NCBI GenBank assembly: GCA_025057135.1
Contig: JANWXY010000085.1
Span: 151-64,150, forward strand
DNA length: 64,000 nt
Source of the DNA: Bacteroidia bacterium
GTDB lineage: Bacteria; Bacteroidota; Bacteroidia; SpSt-205
Direction of reading: 5' to 3'
Part shown: positions 19,440 through 28,762 of the stretch, piece after piece
Position numbering within the stretch: position 1 is the stretch's first letter
Layout: the number at the start of each line of letters is the position of its first letter
Translations under genes and position numbers: made by a program
The notes under the pieces: model-generated
Seen by the model: only the letters and a program-made list of their open reading frames with translations
The model's database searches: none
What the model was told of the DNA's origin: nothing

Positions 19440-20282
19440 CTAACGGTTAGGACGATTTTTGTGCCAAAGAAAAAGTCCCCCCAAAAGAGAAGCGAGCCAC
19501 ACTCCAAGCTCTGCCCAAGTTACGCTGGCACGCCAGCCTGTGAGCAAATGCAAAAAAGCACCAATCCAACCTTTGTGATGCAAGAGAGGATAATACTTCC
19601 CATCGTAAAAGGTATAACTCCAGCTGTAGGCAGAAGGCACTTCGGTCTGAGGAGCAAAAAGGTTCCATGCCTTGTACTCTGCCAGTTCTTCTGCCCAAGA
19701 ATATCGCGGCTCTAAAAGCTCTATCAGCTCATGCGCTGCGTAAGAAGCCATACCCGCAGCTACCATCAGGAGGAGTACAGAGGTGATATTGAAGAAAGGA
19801 CGAAGTGGAACCCGTCGACCGTAGACGAAAATAAGTACGCCGACCGCAGCAGCCATCAAAAGCCCAAATAACCCGCCTATCCAGGAAATATCCCGCTGCA
19901 TGGCCCAGAGCGTACGCAAAAACAGAGCTGTTTCCAGTCCTTCACGCAGTACCGTAGTGAAACTGAGGCTGAAAAGTAACCATCCCGTAGAAGATTGCGC
20001 AGCAGCCCGAAGCTCCTCTGATAATGTAGCGCTGTGACGACGCATCCATACTATCATATATATGAGCATGGCAGCTGCTAACCCCGAAAATACAATCTCC
20101 CACATTTGATGCACAATACTCAACCGCACCAGAAGAAATGCTGCCAGCAAGCTACTCCCTATCGCTGCAGCTATCCCACCCCACAGCCACATTTGCTCTT
20201 TACGCGATACATAGCGAGAAAGGATGCCCACAACGAGGGCTGCTTCCAGAGCTTCCCGAAAGGTTACGAAACCCTCACTCAC
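19440..20282 (-). CDS. FTR1-family high-affinity iron permease (EfeU-like).
   Basis: Two REXXE motifs (REALEAALVVG and REGLETALFL). Seven predicted TM helices. Confidence 0.7.
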   Translation of the reverse strand: MSEGFVTFREALEAALVVGILSRYVSRKEQMWLWGGIAAAIGSSLLAAFLLVRLSIVHQMWEIVFSGLAAAMLIYMIVWMRRHSATLSEELRAAAQSSTGWLLFSLSFTTVLREGLETALFLRTLWAMQRDISWIGGLFGLLMAAAVGVLIFVYGRRVPLRPFFNITSVLLLMVAAGMASYAAHELIELLEPRYSWAEELAEYKAWNLFAPQTEVPSAYSWSYTFYDGKYYPLLHHKGWIGAFLHLLTGWRASVTWAELGVWLASLLGGLFLWHKNRPNR

Positions 20283-20300
20283 ACTCCAAAGGTATGTTAT

Positions 20301-21542
20301 TTAGATTGATTCTTCACTTCGGCGCAAACGAATTAAGGTGAGCTCAGGCCAAATCCCCAAACGAGCTGGCAAACCAATATACCCTAAGCCCCTATTCACA
20401 TACAGATACTGCCGCCCTACCTGATACAGTCCCGCCCAATAGGTATAAAGCCATTGAGCTGGACTAAATCGGTACCCAAGCCACTCTACCCCTACTTGAA
20501 AGCCATGGGTATGCCCACTGAGAGTGAGAGAAATGGGATATTTTCCTTGAACTTCATACTCCCAGTGGGTGGGGTCATGAGAGAGAAGTATGGCAAACGT
20601 ATCAGGGGGAACCTGAGCCCAAGCCTGAGCTAAGTTTCCATAACGGCGAAATCGGCGCCACTGACTCCAATTGCCTACGCCCACGAGAGCTATTTGCTGA
20701 CCTTCTCGGTCTAAGATAGCTGCCTCATTATGCAGCAACCGAAATCCAGCTTTTTCTATCGCAGCTTTGAGATAAGCCCTCTCTGCCTGACGACGCTCAG
20801 GAGAAGCGCCCCCAATGTAATCCCCATAATCATGATTGCCCAATACAGCCCATTTGCCCAGAGGAGCCGAGAGCCCCGCTAAATCCTCAATGAACGGGTC
20901 TATCTCATGCGCAAACGTATTGACCCAATCGCCTGTGAAAACTATGACATCGGGCGCGAGAGCCTCAACTTGCTGCCAAACTGGTCGCAAATATGCAGGC
21001 GATAAAAAGCTTCCACTATGAAGGTCAGAAAAATGTAAAATGGTCACTCCGTCCCATACAGGAGGCAAATCAGATAGAAAAAGCTCTACTTTTTCTACAC
21101 GGAAACGAAACCTTCCCCAAAAGAATCCGTACCCCAAAGCCATAACTGGAGTTCCCAGAGCTACCCCACCTAAAAGCCGAAGGACTGCGCGACGACCCTC
21201 AGAGAAAGAGTCAGAAGAGGCTTTCAACTTCAAAGGGCTGAATATGCCCAGCAGCGCACTCACCAGCTTAGTTAGAATAAGTATTACCCATACCAAAAAC
21301 AGGATGCCAAGACCCATGTGAATCCGTTTGTATAAGTCCACAGACACTGGCAGCCATCGCCCCATCAGAAAGATAAGGAGCATGCACAAGAATAGCGCAG
21401 GGGTAAGCCAGCCCATCCAAGGCTTCCATATTCCGAGGCGCCGAAGTCCCCAGTAGCCTCCTATTTCAGCAAGCACCCATACACCGAGTATAAATGCCCA
21501 ACGCATATACAAGTCCACAGGTAGAGGGTTTTCAGCGTTCAA
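20301..21542 (-). CDS. Membrane-anchored calcineurin-like metallophosphoesterase.
   Basis: Four N-terminal TM helices. Motifs FSDLHSG, TGDWVN, LGNHDYGDY, GHTHGFQ. Confidence 0.75.
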   Translation of the reverse strand: MNAENPLPVDLYMRWAFILGVWVLAEIGGYWGLRRLGIWKPWMGWLTPALFLCMLLIFLMGRWLPVSVDLYKRIHMGLGILFLVWVILILTKLVSALLGIFSPLKLKASSDSFSEGRRAVLRLLGGVALGTPVMALGYGFFWGRFRFRVEKVELFLSDLPPVWDGVTILHFSDLHSGSFLSPAYLRPVWQQVEALAPDVIVFTGDWVNTFAHEIDPFIEDLAGLSAPLGKWAVLGNHDYGDYIGGASPERRQAERAYLKAAIEKAGFRLLHNEAAILDREGQQIALVGVGNWSQWRRFRRYGNLAQAWAQVPPDTFAILLSHDPTHWEYEVQGKYPISLTLSGHTHGFQVGVEWLGYRFSPAQWLYTYWAGLYQVGRQYLYVNRGLGYIGLPARLGIWPELTLIRLRRSEESI

Positions 21543-21610
21543 AACAATATGGCTACAAAGATAAACTTACCCCCCCTCTCAACGAGAGAGGAAGACATCT
21601 CCCCCTCTTT

Positions 21611-22195
21611 CTACCCGTTACTTTGTGATTTTCGGGCTGATGCTTCTTCTTGCGAAGATATCTCGTACCGAAGGAAGCCTTCAAGATTCATATGAATGTA
21701 GCGGCGGCTCCCCGCCACGGTCTTGATTAGATTACTCTCATGAGGCTCATAGTCAGAGAGCTTTCGACGAAAGGTCTGGAGTTTAGCGAGGTAGCTATTT
21801 ATCTCCCCCAAAGCTACCTGAGAGGGACGATAAGACGGAGCGAAAACTTTCCAGGGAGCGGGAGGGCTCCATCCCGAAATATGTGGCAAACTCTCACCCA
21901 AGGGTGCGTATCCCCAGATTTTACAAAACTCCTCAGTATGACAAAGTAGGAAGTCTAAGTACCATTCCTGCCCATAAGCAAGTCCGAAAGGCCAATAAGT
22001 CACATGCAACCCAACTGCCCGCACCCGTTGTTGGGTCGTCCTGAGAGTATGAGCCAAAAACTCTACCTCTTCCATCAGCGCACCCTCAGTAGGCGATACA
22101 GGGTCTATCACAACCCAAGTAGCTGTGGGGGGGAGAACCTTCTGAGGGTCTTCAAGCCAAAATCCACCCTCCGGAAGAACCAGAGCTTTGTGCAT
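21611..22195 (-). CDS. Hypothetical protein (194 aa), translationally coupled (TAATG) to the upstream giant T9SS protein gene.
   Basis: The ATG at 22195 overlaps the TAA of the 1339-aa gene. MHKALVLPEGGFWLEDPQKVLPPTATWVVIDP... has no recognisable motif. The track's longer ORF to 22303 would overlap the upstream gene by 109 nt. Confidence 0.4.
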   Translation of the reverse strand: MHKALVLPEGGFWLEDPQKVLPPTATWVVIDPVSPTEGALMEEVEFLAHTLRTTQQRVRAVGLHVTYWPFGLAYGQEWYLDFLLCHTEEFCKIWGYAPLGESLPHISGWSPPAPWKVFAPSYRPSQVALGEINSYLAKLQTFRRKLSDYEPHESNLIKTVAGSRRYIHMNLEGFLRYEISSQEEASARKSQSNG

Positions 22196-25100
22196 TAGCG
22201 TAGAAGGGTTAGGGTGCCTGCCCGCTCTATCTGAGTACCGTCTATGAAAGTAACCTCTGCAACATACGTATATACGCCCTCCACCGCATTCTCGCCGCGC
22301 CAAGGGGAGTTTCCTTGGTACATCAGCTTGCCCCAGCGGTCATAAATTCGGAGCTGGACAGACTGTATCCCTGCCCCTTGGGGAAACCACACATCGTTTA
22401 TCCCATCCCCATTGGGACTAAACGCATTGGGAATAATCAGCTGGCGCTGTCCTGATACGATAACCCGAAGGGTCAAAGTATCCCGACAGCCTTGAATATC
22501 AGCCACAAGGGTAAGGATATAGCTGCCTGGAAGATATAAGTGAGAAGCGACAGGAGCCGTCGTAGAGGCGGTCGTTCCATCGCCGAAGCTCCACAGGAAT
22601 TGCACTGCATACCCCGCCGGCGCATTATATGTTGCGAGAAAAGAGATTTCCACAGGGCCCTGAGGTGGCGGTGTGAGCGCAGGATTAGCTGTGATCCCCG
22701 TGAGGATGGGAGTAGGTAGTCCCTGAGCGGTGACTTGTACGGCTGAGGAGGCGCATGCTCCGACTCTATACACCACAGTATAAGGCGAAGAGAGCACCGG
22801 ACCGGACAAAATAAGTTCCGCGCCACTCCCCACTGAGTCTCCATTGGAATCATACCATATGAAGGTGCCACCGGCCGCACCTGAAACTAACTCTGCTTGA
22901 AGCCGTAGTGGTAAGCACCCACTTGCACCTTCGGCTCGGATGACTGGTGCGGGAATAACTTCCACTGCCTTTTCCACCGGGCCTATCCATCCACAGCAGT
23001 CTGTCTCTACTCGCAATTTCAGCGTATATCTGCCCGATTGAGCGGCTGTGAAACGAAACGTGTCCCGATTGCCAGTAGCGATGATTTGACCACCATACTC
23101 TGCCTGCCACTGATAGGCAAGAGCGAAAAGCTCTGAGCTTACCGCTACGATTTCTCCTGCGCACAGCGTATCCGCTGCTGTGAGCACCCGTAGGTTTATG
23201 AGGTCTGGCGAGGTCAAAATAGTCCAGAATCTTGGATACGAGCTGCCTGAAAAGGTGATATCCTTCGGTCCCGTGAGAGTGTACTGAACAGAACCTGAGT
23301 TCGTGGGTAAAGCGGGGGGATTAGCACCGGCGCCTAAATCTGTGAAGCTACCTGGGGACAAGCTGGAAATGCTGAGAGCGGTACCCGTGCAGTTTGTGCT
23401 GCCGATAGTGATGGAAGGCTGAGCAGAGAGGTTGAAAGAGGTTTCCAAGAGGGTGGGAGGTGTGCCCTGTACGAGTAAGGGAAGGGCTTGTCCAGGCTGA
23501 CCATTACCGCCAGAACCACCATTTCCACCACGCCCGCCATTACCACCTTTACCGCCAGCTCCCATATTGCATCCTCCATCCGTAGGTGGACAAGGACCTG
23601 CTCCTTGGCCACCTGAACCACCGAGCCCCCCCACTCCACCTATTCCGCCGGCTCCTGCATTGCCCGCAGACAATAGGCACTGAATCCAGCTCCCTGATGC
23701 ACTTCCTAAAAGGACCGCTGCATAACTACTCCCCCCCCCAGAAGCGCCACCTCCGCCTGTGCCTCCCTCGCCACCGCCTCCCCCTCCTCCACCACCTGCA
23801 CCTATGGTTGGACAACTGGGCGGAACTATGTTGATAGCTCCCCCACCGCCACCACCGCCTCCTCCCCCACTACCATGGGTGCCATTCTCGCCAGGTTTGC
23901 CGCGAGAACCGGGTCGCCAGAAACCCTCTACTACTTGTCCAGGGCCTCCATCGGCCCCGTCAGTACCATTTCGTCCATTTGCTCCATCAGTTCCGTTTCC
24001 GCCGGCTGCTTGAGGGACTCCGGGCAGCGGCGTCTGACTGCAAGCACAAGCGCCCCCTCCTATTAGCCCGATAGAACATAGGGAACCAGCGGTCCCTCCG
24101 GCTCCCCCACTTGGTCCTTGTCCAGGCTGTCCGCCTAAGCCATTAGCTGTAAATTGGCTACTTCCCCCAGCTCCTCCTGAGGCTCCAATAGGACTGCTCC
24201 CGCCAGCCCCACCTGCACCTGCACTTGCAGGGGGCGGTGTTCCAAGTGGAGGCAGACAAATCCCAAACGTAGGCGTGGCAGCAGCCCCGGCCCCACCGCA
24301 GCTTCCATTACCCCCAGGGCGACCATTCTGCCCTGCCTGTCCATCTTGTCCCTTAGAGGCATCCCCCGCTATAACCTGACACCGTACTACTTCATAACTT
24401 GCACAGTCTCTGAGATACAACCCATAAGTGGAAACTCCCCGTCCATCTGCACAGGTACTATTAGCCGCCGGAGCATCTTCTACCTCAATGGTCAAATCTT
24501 GCAGCCGAAATGCTCTCGCCCCATGGATCTGAAGAGCCACCAGACGGGGCGTACGGGATAAGCAGCCCTCTATGTTCCGAGAACTGCGCCTCAGAGTCGT
24601 CAAACCAGGGGAGGAGCTTTTTTGCCAACCTGCATTAGGGTCATACCCTCCTTCCAGAATCACACTGTCGGTCAGAGTAGTAAGCGGACGATCTAAGATA
24701 TACAAGCCTTGGGCAAGCTTGATGATCCCTGTGCGACAACGAATCCTTTCAAGCGCTGCCTCGAGTGAAGTGGGGGCATTCCGAGTACCCGGAGCAGTAG
24801 GACTGCCATTAGGGGTCACATATTGGACATTGCAGCTACCCGCCAGAGCATCGCCAGCCAGAACCTCCACAGTTATGCTATCTGAGGGGCACCCTGCTGG
24901 TGATACATACCTTAGCGTGTGTTGCCCGACAGCCAAACGCACAGGAGAAGGTATTGACACCCAAGTGCCTCCCTGACGCACCTCCCACTGCCCTCCTAAG
25001 ATTGAAGCCAATCCCGTCAGCTCCACCGGACGCCCACCACAGGTATAAACACGAACGGGAGTTATCTCTGCTTTGGGTACTGGATGCACCTGCACGCTGT

Positions 25101-26214
25101 CAGTGAGAGTATAAGCACAGGCACCAACGCTGACCGTAAGCGTGTATTTGTACCAAAAGGGCTCCTCAAAGTCCAAAGGGGCAGGCGGTGTATGAGTAGT
25201 AGAAAGCCCCGTAGCTCCCGTACTCCATGTGGCTGTAGCTCCAGGGGGCAGCCCGCCCAGCATACTTCCTGTCAGCTGCACGCTTCCTCCCGCACAGATC
25301 ACCGGAGGCGTAATCGTAATAGCAGGCGTACCTACCAAAGTAACCTGGGTATTTTGCCCGGACGCAGCGAAGTTTCCGCATTTATCAGAAACTGTATTAC
25401 CATCCGACCCCGATACGAGAGTTATGGTGTAGTTTCCGCTGGATACGGGCCCCTGTAAGTCTATGAATACTTCATAGGAAAATGTCCCACCACCTACACA
25501 CCCCGCTGCGGTAGGGACGAGGCCACCTGAAATCTGAAAATCAGAACCATTCGGAGCTACGGTAGAGCAGGAGATGGGCTCATTGAATCGCAAGATAATC
25601 CTATTCGCTCTCTGACAATCCTGTCGAGCCGAAACGAGCTGAGGTGGCGTATTGTCAAATATAATCGCCGTACCATTGAAAGTTATTGTAAAGCCTGTTT
25701 GGTCCCGAGTATAGTTGTCTATCAAAAGCACGAATGTTTGTCCTGCGGAGACTTGCAGACCTGGCATGAAAGGTGGGTCGCTTGCTGGATAGCTGAGCGG
25801 ATTAGGGTCCGTCTGATTAGGGTCTAAACCAGTATTCCCGTTTTCAGCAGAGAAGTTACATCGGATGGGCTGACTATTGCCGACCACGCTGCAAGAGCTA
25901 TTTGTGATGTCCCATAGCGCAAAGTCATAGTCGTAGGTCGTATTGATGGTAAAGCCAAAGGTTCCACCCTGTTGTACGGTGAAAATAAACCAGGCTGTTT
26001 TTTGCTCATTATTCAGCAGGCAGGTGTTGTTGTTTAGCTCCTGTTGCTGGCCAAAGTCAGGTGGTGAGTTTGTGTACGTGTAAGTCTGCTGGCATACGGG
26101 AATCGCATTGACACAGTCAGATTCAGGCAAAGTTTGAGCCCACAAAACCCCTAATAGAGGTAGGAGATAGCGCATCGGAACAAAAGTAATGAGCCTCCAT
26201 CTATTGTCATACAC
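22195..26214 (-). CDS. Giant secreted surface protein (1339 aa) with collagen-like Gly-X-Y repeats, poly-Gly tracts, PKD/Ig-like domains and a T9SS type-B C-terminal domain (gliding-motility-associated CTD, CHU_C).
   Basis: Signal peptide MRYLLPLLGVLWAQ. Collagen-like repeats GNGTDGANGRNGTDGADGGPGQ and PGSRGKPGENGTHGSGGGGGGGGGG. PKD-like FLWSFGDGTTAST. CTD LIIPNAFSPNGDGINDVWFPQG...YDRWGKLMY...GVYTYVAEV. Confidence 0.8.
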   Translation of the reverse strand: MYDNRWRLITFVPMRYLLPLLGVLWAQTLPESDCVNAIPVCQQTYTYTNSPPDFGQQQELNNNTCLLNNEQKTAWFIFTVQQGGTFGFTINTTYDYDFALWDITNSSCSVVGNSQPIRCNFSAENGNTGLDPNQTDPNPLSYPASDPPFMPGLQVSAGQTFVLLIDNYTRDQTGFTITFNGTAIIFDNTPPQLVSARQDCQRANRIILRFNEPISCSTVAPNGSDFQISGGLVPTAAGCVGGGTFSYEVFIDLQGPVSSGNYTITLVSGSDGNTVSDKCGNFAASGQNTQVTLVGTPAITITPPVICAGGSVQLTGSMLGGLPPGATATWSTGATGLSTTHTPPAPLDFEEPFWYKYTLTVSVGACAYTLTDSVQVHPVPKAEITPVRVYTCGGRPVELTGLASILGGQWEVRQGGTWVSIPSPVRLAVGQHTLRYVSPAGCPSDSITVEVLAGDALAGSCNVQYVTPNGSPTAPGTRNAPTSLEAALERIRCRTGIIKLAQGLYILDRPLTTLTDSVILEGGYDPNAGWQKSSSPGLTTLRRSSRNIEGCLSRTPRLVALQIHGARAFRLQDLTIEVEDAPAANSTCADGRGVSTYGLYLRDCASYEVVRCQVIAGDASKGQDGQAGQNGRPGGNGSCGGAGAAATPTFGICLPPLGTPPPASAGAGGAGGSSPIGASGGAGGSSQFTANGLGGQPGQGPSGGAGGTAGSLCSIGLIGGGACACSQTPLPGVPQAAGGNGTDGANGRNGTDGADGGPGQVVEGFWRPGSRGKPGENGTHGSGGGGGGGGGGAINIVPPSCPTIGAGGGGGGGGGEGGTGGGGASGGGSSYAAVLLGSASGSWIQCLLSAGNAGAGGIGGVGGLGGSGGQGAGPCPPTDGGCNMGAGGKGGNGGRGGNGGSGGNGQPGQALPLLVQGTPPTLLETSFNLSAQPSITIGSTNCTGTALSISSLSPGSFTDLGAGANPPALPTNSGSVQYTLTGPKDITFSGSSYPRFWTILTSPDLINLRVLTAADTLCAGEIVAVSSELFALAYQWQAEYGGQIIATGNRDTFRFTAAQSGRYTLKLRVETDCCGWIGPVEKAVEVIPAPVIRAEGASGCLPLRLQAELVSGAAGGTFIWYDSNGDSVGSGAELILSGPVLSSPYTVVYRVGACASSAVQVTAQGLPTPILTGITANPALTPPPQGPVEISFLATYNAPAGYAVQFLWSFGDGTTASTTAPVASHLYLPGSYILTLVADIQGCRDTLTLRVIVSGQRQLIIPNAFSPNGDGINDVWFPQGAGIQSVQLRIYDRWGKLMYQGNSPWRGENAVEGVYTYVAEVTFIDGTQIERAGTLTLLR

Positions 26215-26258
26215 CCTTGATTAGGTCACTTGGAGAGACTCTGAGAGCCATTATTGCA

Positions 26259-26266
26259 TACCTTTG
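26259..26266 (+). promoter_or_regulatory. Candidate -7 promoter element TACCTTTG, 6 bp upstream of the hemS ATG.
   Basis: Exact TAnnTTTG match in the divergent intergenic region. Confidence 0.35.
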
Positions 26267-26272
26267 ACACGC

Positions 26273-27325
26273 ATGAAAGCCTCCCAAGAGCTTCGCATGG
26301 CTTATGAGACTCTGCGGAAAAATCACCCTAATCTTTACCTTCGGGATGCCGCAGAGCAGCTGGGCGTTAGTGAAATGGAACTCCTTCGCTTAGAAACGGG
26401 GCAAGGGGTTACCCGCCTCAGACCCGAGATACCTGCTCTTTTGGAAGCCTTACCTACTCTCGGCCCACTCAAAGCCCTTAGTCGTAATCGTTGGGTCGTC
26501 ATAGAAACCACAGGCGCGTACCCCTCTCCCTTCGTAGAGCGAGGCACGATGGTCTTTGCCAGTTCGATTATTGACCTGCGGATATATCTCTCAGCATGGA
26601 AATATGCCTTTGCTGTAAAATCCTTTGGAAAAGACGGAAAGCCGTTATATAGCTTTCAGTTTTTCACCGAATGGGGTGAAGCTATACACAAAGTTTATCT
26701 CACCGCTTCTGAACAGATAGAGAAGTGGGAGCACCTCGTCCAGAGGTTTTCTCATGAAAATCAATCACCCGAGGCAGACAATATCGCGCCAGTGCCCAGT
26801 TTGCCAAAATCATCCCCACTTGAAAATCATTCCAAAGTAGCCTTCTTAGAGGGCTGGAATAATCTCACCGACACCCATGAGTTTTTTGGCTTACTTAGGG
26901 CGTTTGGGGTGGATAGGCTCACAGCCATAGAGGCTGCGGCCGGACTACACACGTGGCAACTGCCCAATAATGCGCTTCACTCGCTTTTGGAATGGGCCAG
27001 AGATAGTCAGACTCCCATCATGTTCTTTGTCGGGAATGCCGGGATTCACCATATTTACTCTGGCACCATAAAGAATGTCTCTTTGGCTCGTGGATGGCTG
27101 AATGTTTTGGACCCTGACTTCAATATCCATATAAACCCTGAGGGAATAAATCGTATATATCTCGTTCGCAAGCCGACGAAGGAAGGAGATATTTATTCGT
27201 TGGAAGTTTTCGGTCCAGCGGGAGAAGAGCTCCTGTGGATATTTGGCGCTCGTAAGCCGGGTTTACCCGTACCAGAGAGCTGGCGAAGTTATGTCCATGG
27301 TCTGATTCCTTCCATAGCTCATTAG
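26273..27325 (+). CDS. hemS: Hemin-degrading / heme-trafficking protein of the HemS/ChuS/PhuS family.
   Basis: N-terminal ETLRKNHPNLYLRDAAEQLGVSEMELL and C-terminal IMFFVGNAGIHHIYSGTIKNVSLARGWLNVLDPDFNIHINPEGINRIYLVRKPTKEGDIYSLEVFGPAGEELLWIFGAR align closely to E. coli ChuS (IMVFVGNRGCVQIFTG...GWLNIFNPTFTLHL...VTRKPTSDGYVTSLELF). First ATG at 26273; the track start is a TTG. Confidence 0.8.
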   Translation: MKASQELRMAYETLRKNHPNLYLRDAAEQLGVSEMELLRLETGQGVTRLRPEIPALLEALPTLGPLKALSRNRWVVIETTGAYPSPFVERGTMVFASSIIDLRIYLSAWKYAFAVKSFGKDGKPLYSFQFFTEWGEAIHKVYLTASEQIEKWEHLVQRFSHENQSPEADNIAPVPSLPKSSPLENHSKVAFLEGWNNLTDTHEFFGLLRAFGVDRLTAIEAAAGLHTWQLPNNALHSLLEWARDSQTPIMFFVGNAGIHHIYSGTIKNVSLARGWLNVLDPDFNIHINPEGINRIYLVRKPTKEGDIYSLEVFGPAGEELLWIFGARKPGLPVPESWRSYVHGLIPSIAH

Positions 27326-27344
27326 ACCATTTGACCATAGATTT

Positions 27345-27371
27345 CACCCTTCTCTATCTTGAAGGATAGAG
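27345..27371. terminator. Imperfect hairpin (ccc-tt-ctctatc / gatagaggg, loop ttgaag) between convergent genes. Weak candidate bidirectional terminator.
   Basis: Read directly. There is no clear U-tract. Confidence 0.25.
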
Positions 27372-27408
27372 GGTACCGAGCCGCACTCAAGTAGTAAGAA
27401 TACAGTAT

Positions 27409-27780
27409 CTACTTCTTTCCCCGGCTTTTTTGCCACTTCTCCCACCAGCGCTCAAACTCGCGCCGACCACTCTCTGTCGTAAAAAGGGGGAGGAGTTCCT
27501 CATGGAGCAATTTCGGATTATATACTCTATCAGCTGCAAAGCGTAAAACTTCTATTCTGCTGCTCTCGTGATCCAGTGTCCATAGAAGGTCTCTAAGTTG
27601 AGCAGTAGATATACAATGTTCAGGTAAGACACTGCGCAGGAGGGCTATACGACTGGACTCAATGCTCTGCGAAGACACTTCCAAACGGAAATAGTTGAAC
27701 TCTACCTCACTCATAGAACCCACGAGACAAGACTGCCCCCACAGAATCCCAAGTCCCAATATGAGCCCTATCCCCCGCAT
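27409..27780 (-). CDS. DUF4476-family secreted protein.
   Basis: Signal peptide MRGIGLILGLGILWGQSCLVG. AQLRDLLWTLDHESSRIEVLRFAADRVYNPKLLHEELLPLFTTESGRREF resembles DUF4476 repeats. Confidence 0.5.
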   Translation of the reverse strand: MRGIGLILGLGILWGQSCLVGSMSEVEFNYFRLEVSSQSIESSRIALLRSVLPEHCISTAQLRDLLWTLDHESSRIEVLRFAADRVYNPKLLHEELLPLFTTESGRREFERWWEKWQKSRGKK

Positions 27781-27832
27781 TTGTACAAAGTAACAAAACA
27801 TCATATGTCCCGCTTTACATATCAAACAAGAT

Positions 27833-28762
27833 TTATGAATAATCTTGACGGAAGGCGCTGACGGTATCTTTTACTCCTGTGCTTAGGTTATAGAAAGGTT
27901 TCCAACCTGTCAGTGTAGAGAGCATATCGGAGGATAGAGCGTTTCGTCGGAGCTCACCAGGCTTTGGTGGGAGATAGGTGGGTTTAGCCAGAGTGCCTAT
28001 ACTCTCGGCTATGGTCTGATACAGGGCATTTACAGTAGTTTGCTTTCCTGTGCCTACATTTAGGATTTGGCTGTAAGCACACTCGCCCGCATTTAGAATA
28101 GCTAAAAAGGCGCTCACTACATCTTTGACGTGGATAAAGTCGCGCGTCTGCTCCCCATCTCCATAGATAAAAGCCGTTTCGCCTTTCAGAAGCCTGTGAG
28201 TAAAAATCGCCACTACGCCAGCTTCGCCATGGGGATTCTGCCGAGGACCATAAACATTTGCTAAACGCAGGATAGTATAGGGGAAATCGTGAACCCGCGC
28301 AAAGTGCTTGATATACATCTCTCCTGCCAGCTTGGCAATACCATAGGGGGACTCTGGTTGAGGCACTTCTGTCTCAGGAATAGGCAGATGAGATTTCTCT
28401 CCATAGATGGCTCCTCCTGTGGAAGCGAAAAAAAACCAAGGACGCTGAGACTGAACGGCTTCTAAGAGATTTAGCGTACCTATGATATTAATCTCTGCGT
28501 CTCGGAGGGGCGCTTCTACCGAAGTACGCACATCCACTTGGGCGGCTAAGTGCATCACTACATCATACGCATACTCGCGAAAATGGGCCTGCAAGCTTTC
28601 TCGGTCCCGCAAGTCTATCTGAAATAATGGCACTTGGTCAGGAAGGTTCTCGCGTCGCCCCGTACTGAGGTTGTCTATGACTGAGACCGAATGAGAGTCC
28701 AATAAAGCCTCTACAAGATGAGAACCAATAAAGCCCGCTCCACCAGTGACAAGAATCCGCAT
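27833..28762 (-). CDS. NAD-dependent epimerase/dehydratase (GalE-like extended SDR).
   Basis: [20 protein letters not shown] Rossmann motif. Catalytic YGIAKLAGE (YxxxK). The ATG overlaps the stop of the upstream hybrid kinase (ATGA). Confidence 0.8.
   Translation of the reverse strand: MRILVTGGAGFIGSHLVEALLDSHSVSVIDNLSTGRRENLPDQVPLFQIDLRDRESLQAHFREYAYDVVMHLAAQVDVRTSVEAPLRDAEINIIGTLNLLEAVQSQRPWFFFASTGGAIYGEKSHLPIPETEVPQPESPYGIAKLAGEMYIKHFARVHDFPYTILRLANVYGPRQNPHGEAGVVAIFTHRLLKGETAFIYGDGEQTRDFIHVKDVVSAFLAILNAGECAYSQILNVGTGKQTTVNALYQTIAESIGTLAKPTYLPPKPGELRRNALSSDMLSTLTGWKPFYNLSTGVKDTVSAFRQDYS

Noticed and set aside
23759-24013. Plus-strand ORFs encoding poly-proline (MPPSPPPPPPPPPAP...), and the neighbouring ORFs at 23586-23834, 23875-24066, 24572-24976 and 25084-25458.
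   Set aside because: They are antisense to the Gly-rich (GGN codon) collagen-like segment of the 1339-aa minus-strand gene. Poly-Pro is the mirror image of poly-Gly coding, so these are not independent genes.
23500-24330. Highly repetitive GC-rich block that at first glance could suggest a repeat array or CRISPR-like structure.
   Set aside because: It has no regular direct repeat and spacer periodicity. The repetition is at the codon level (GGN/GGx-triplet collagen-like coding) inside one continuous ORF.
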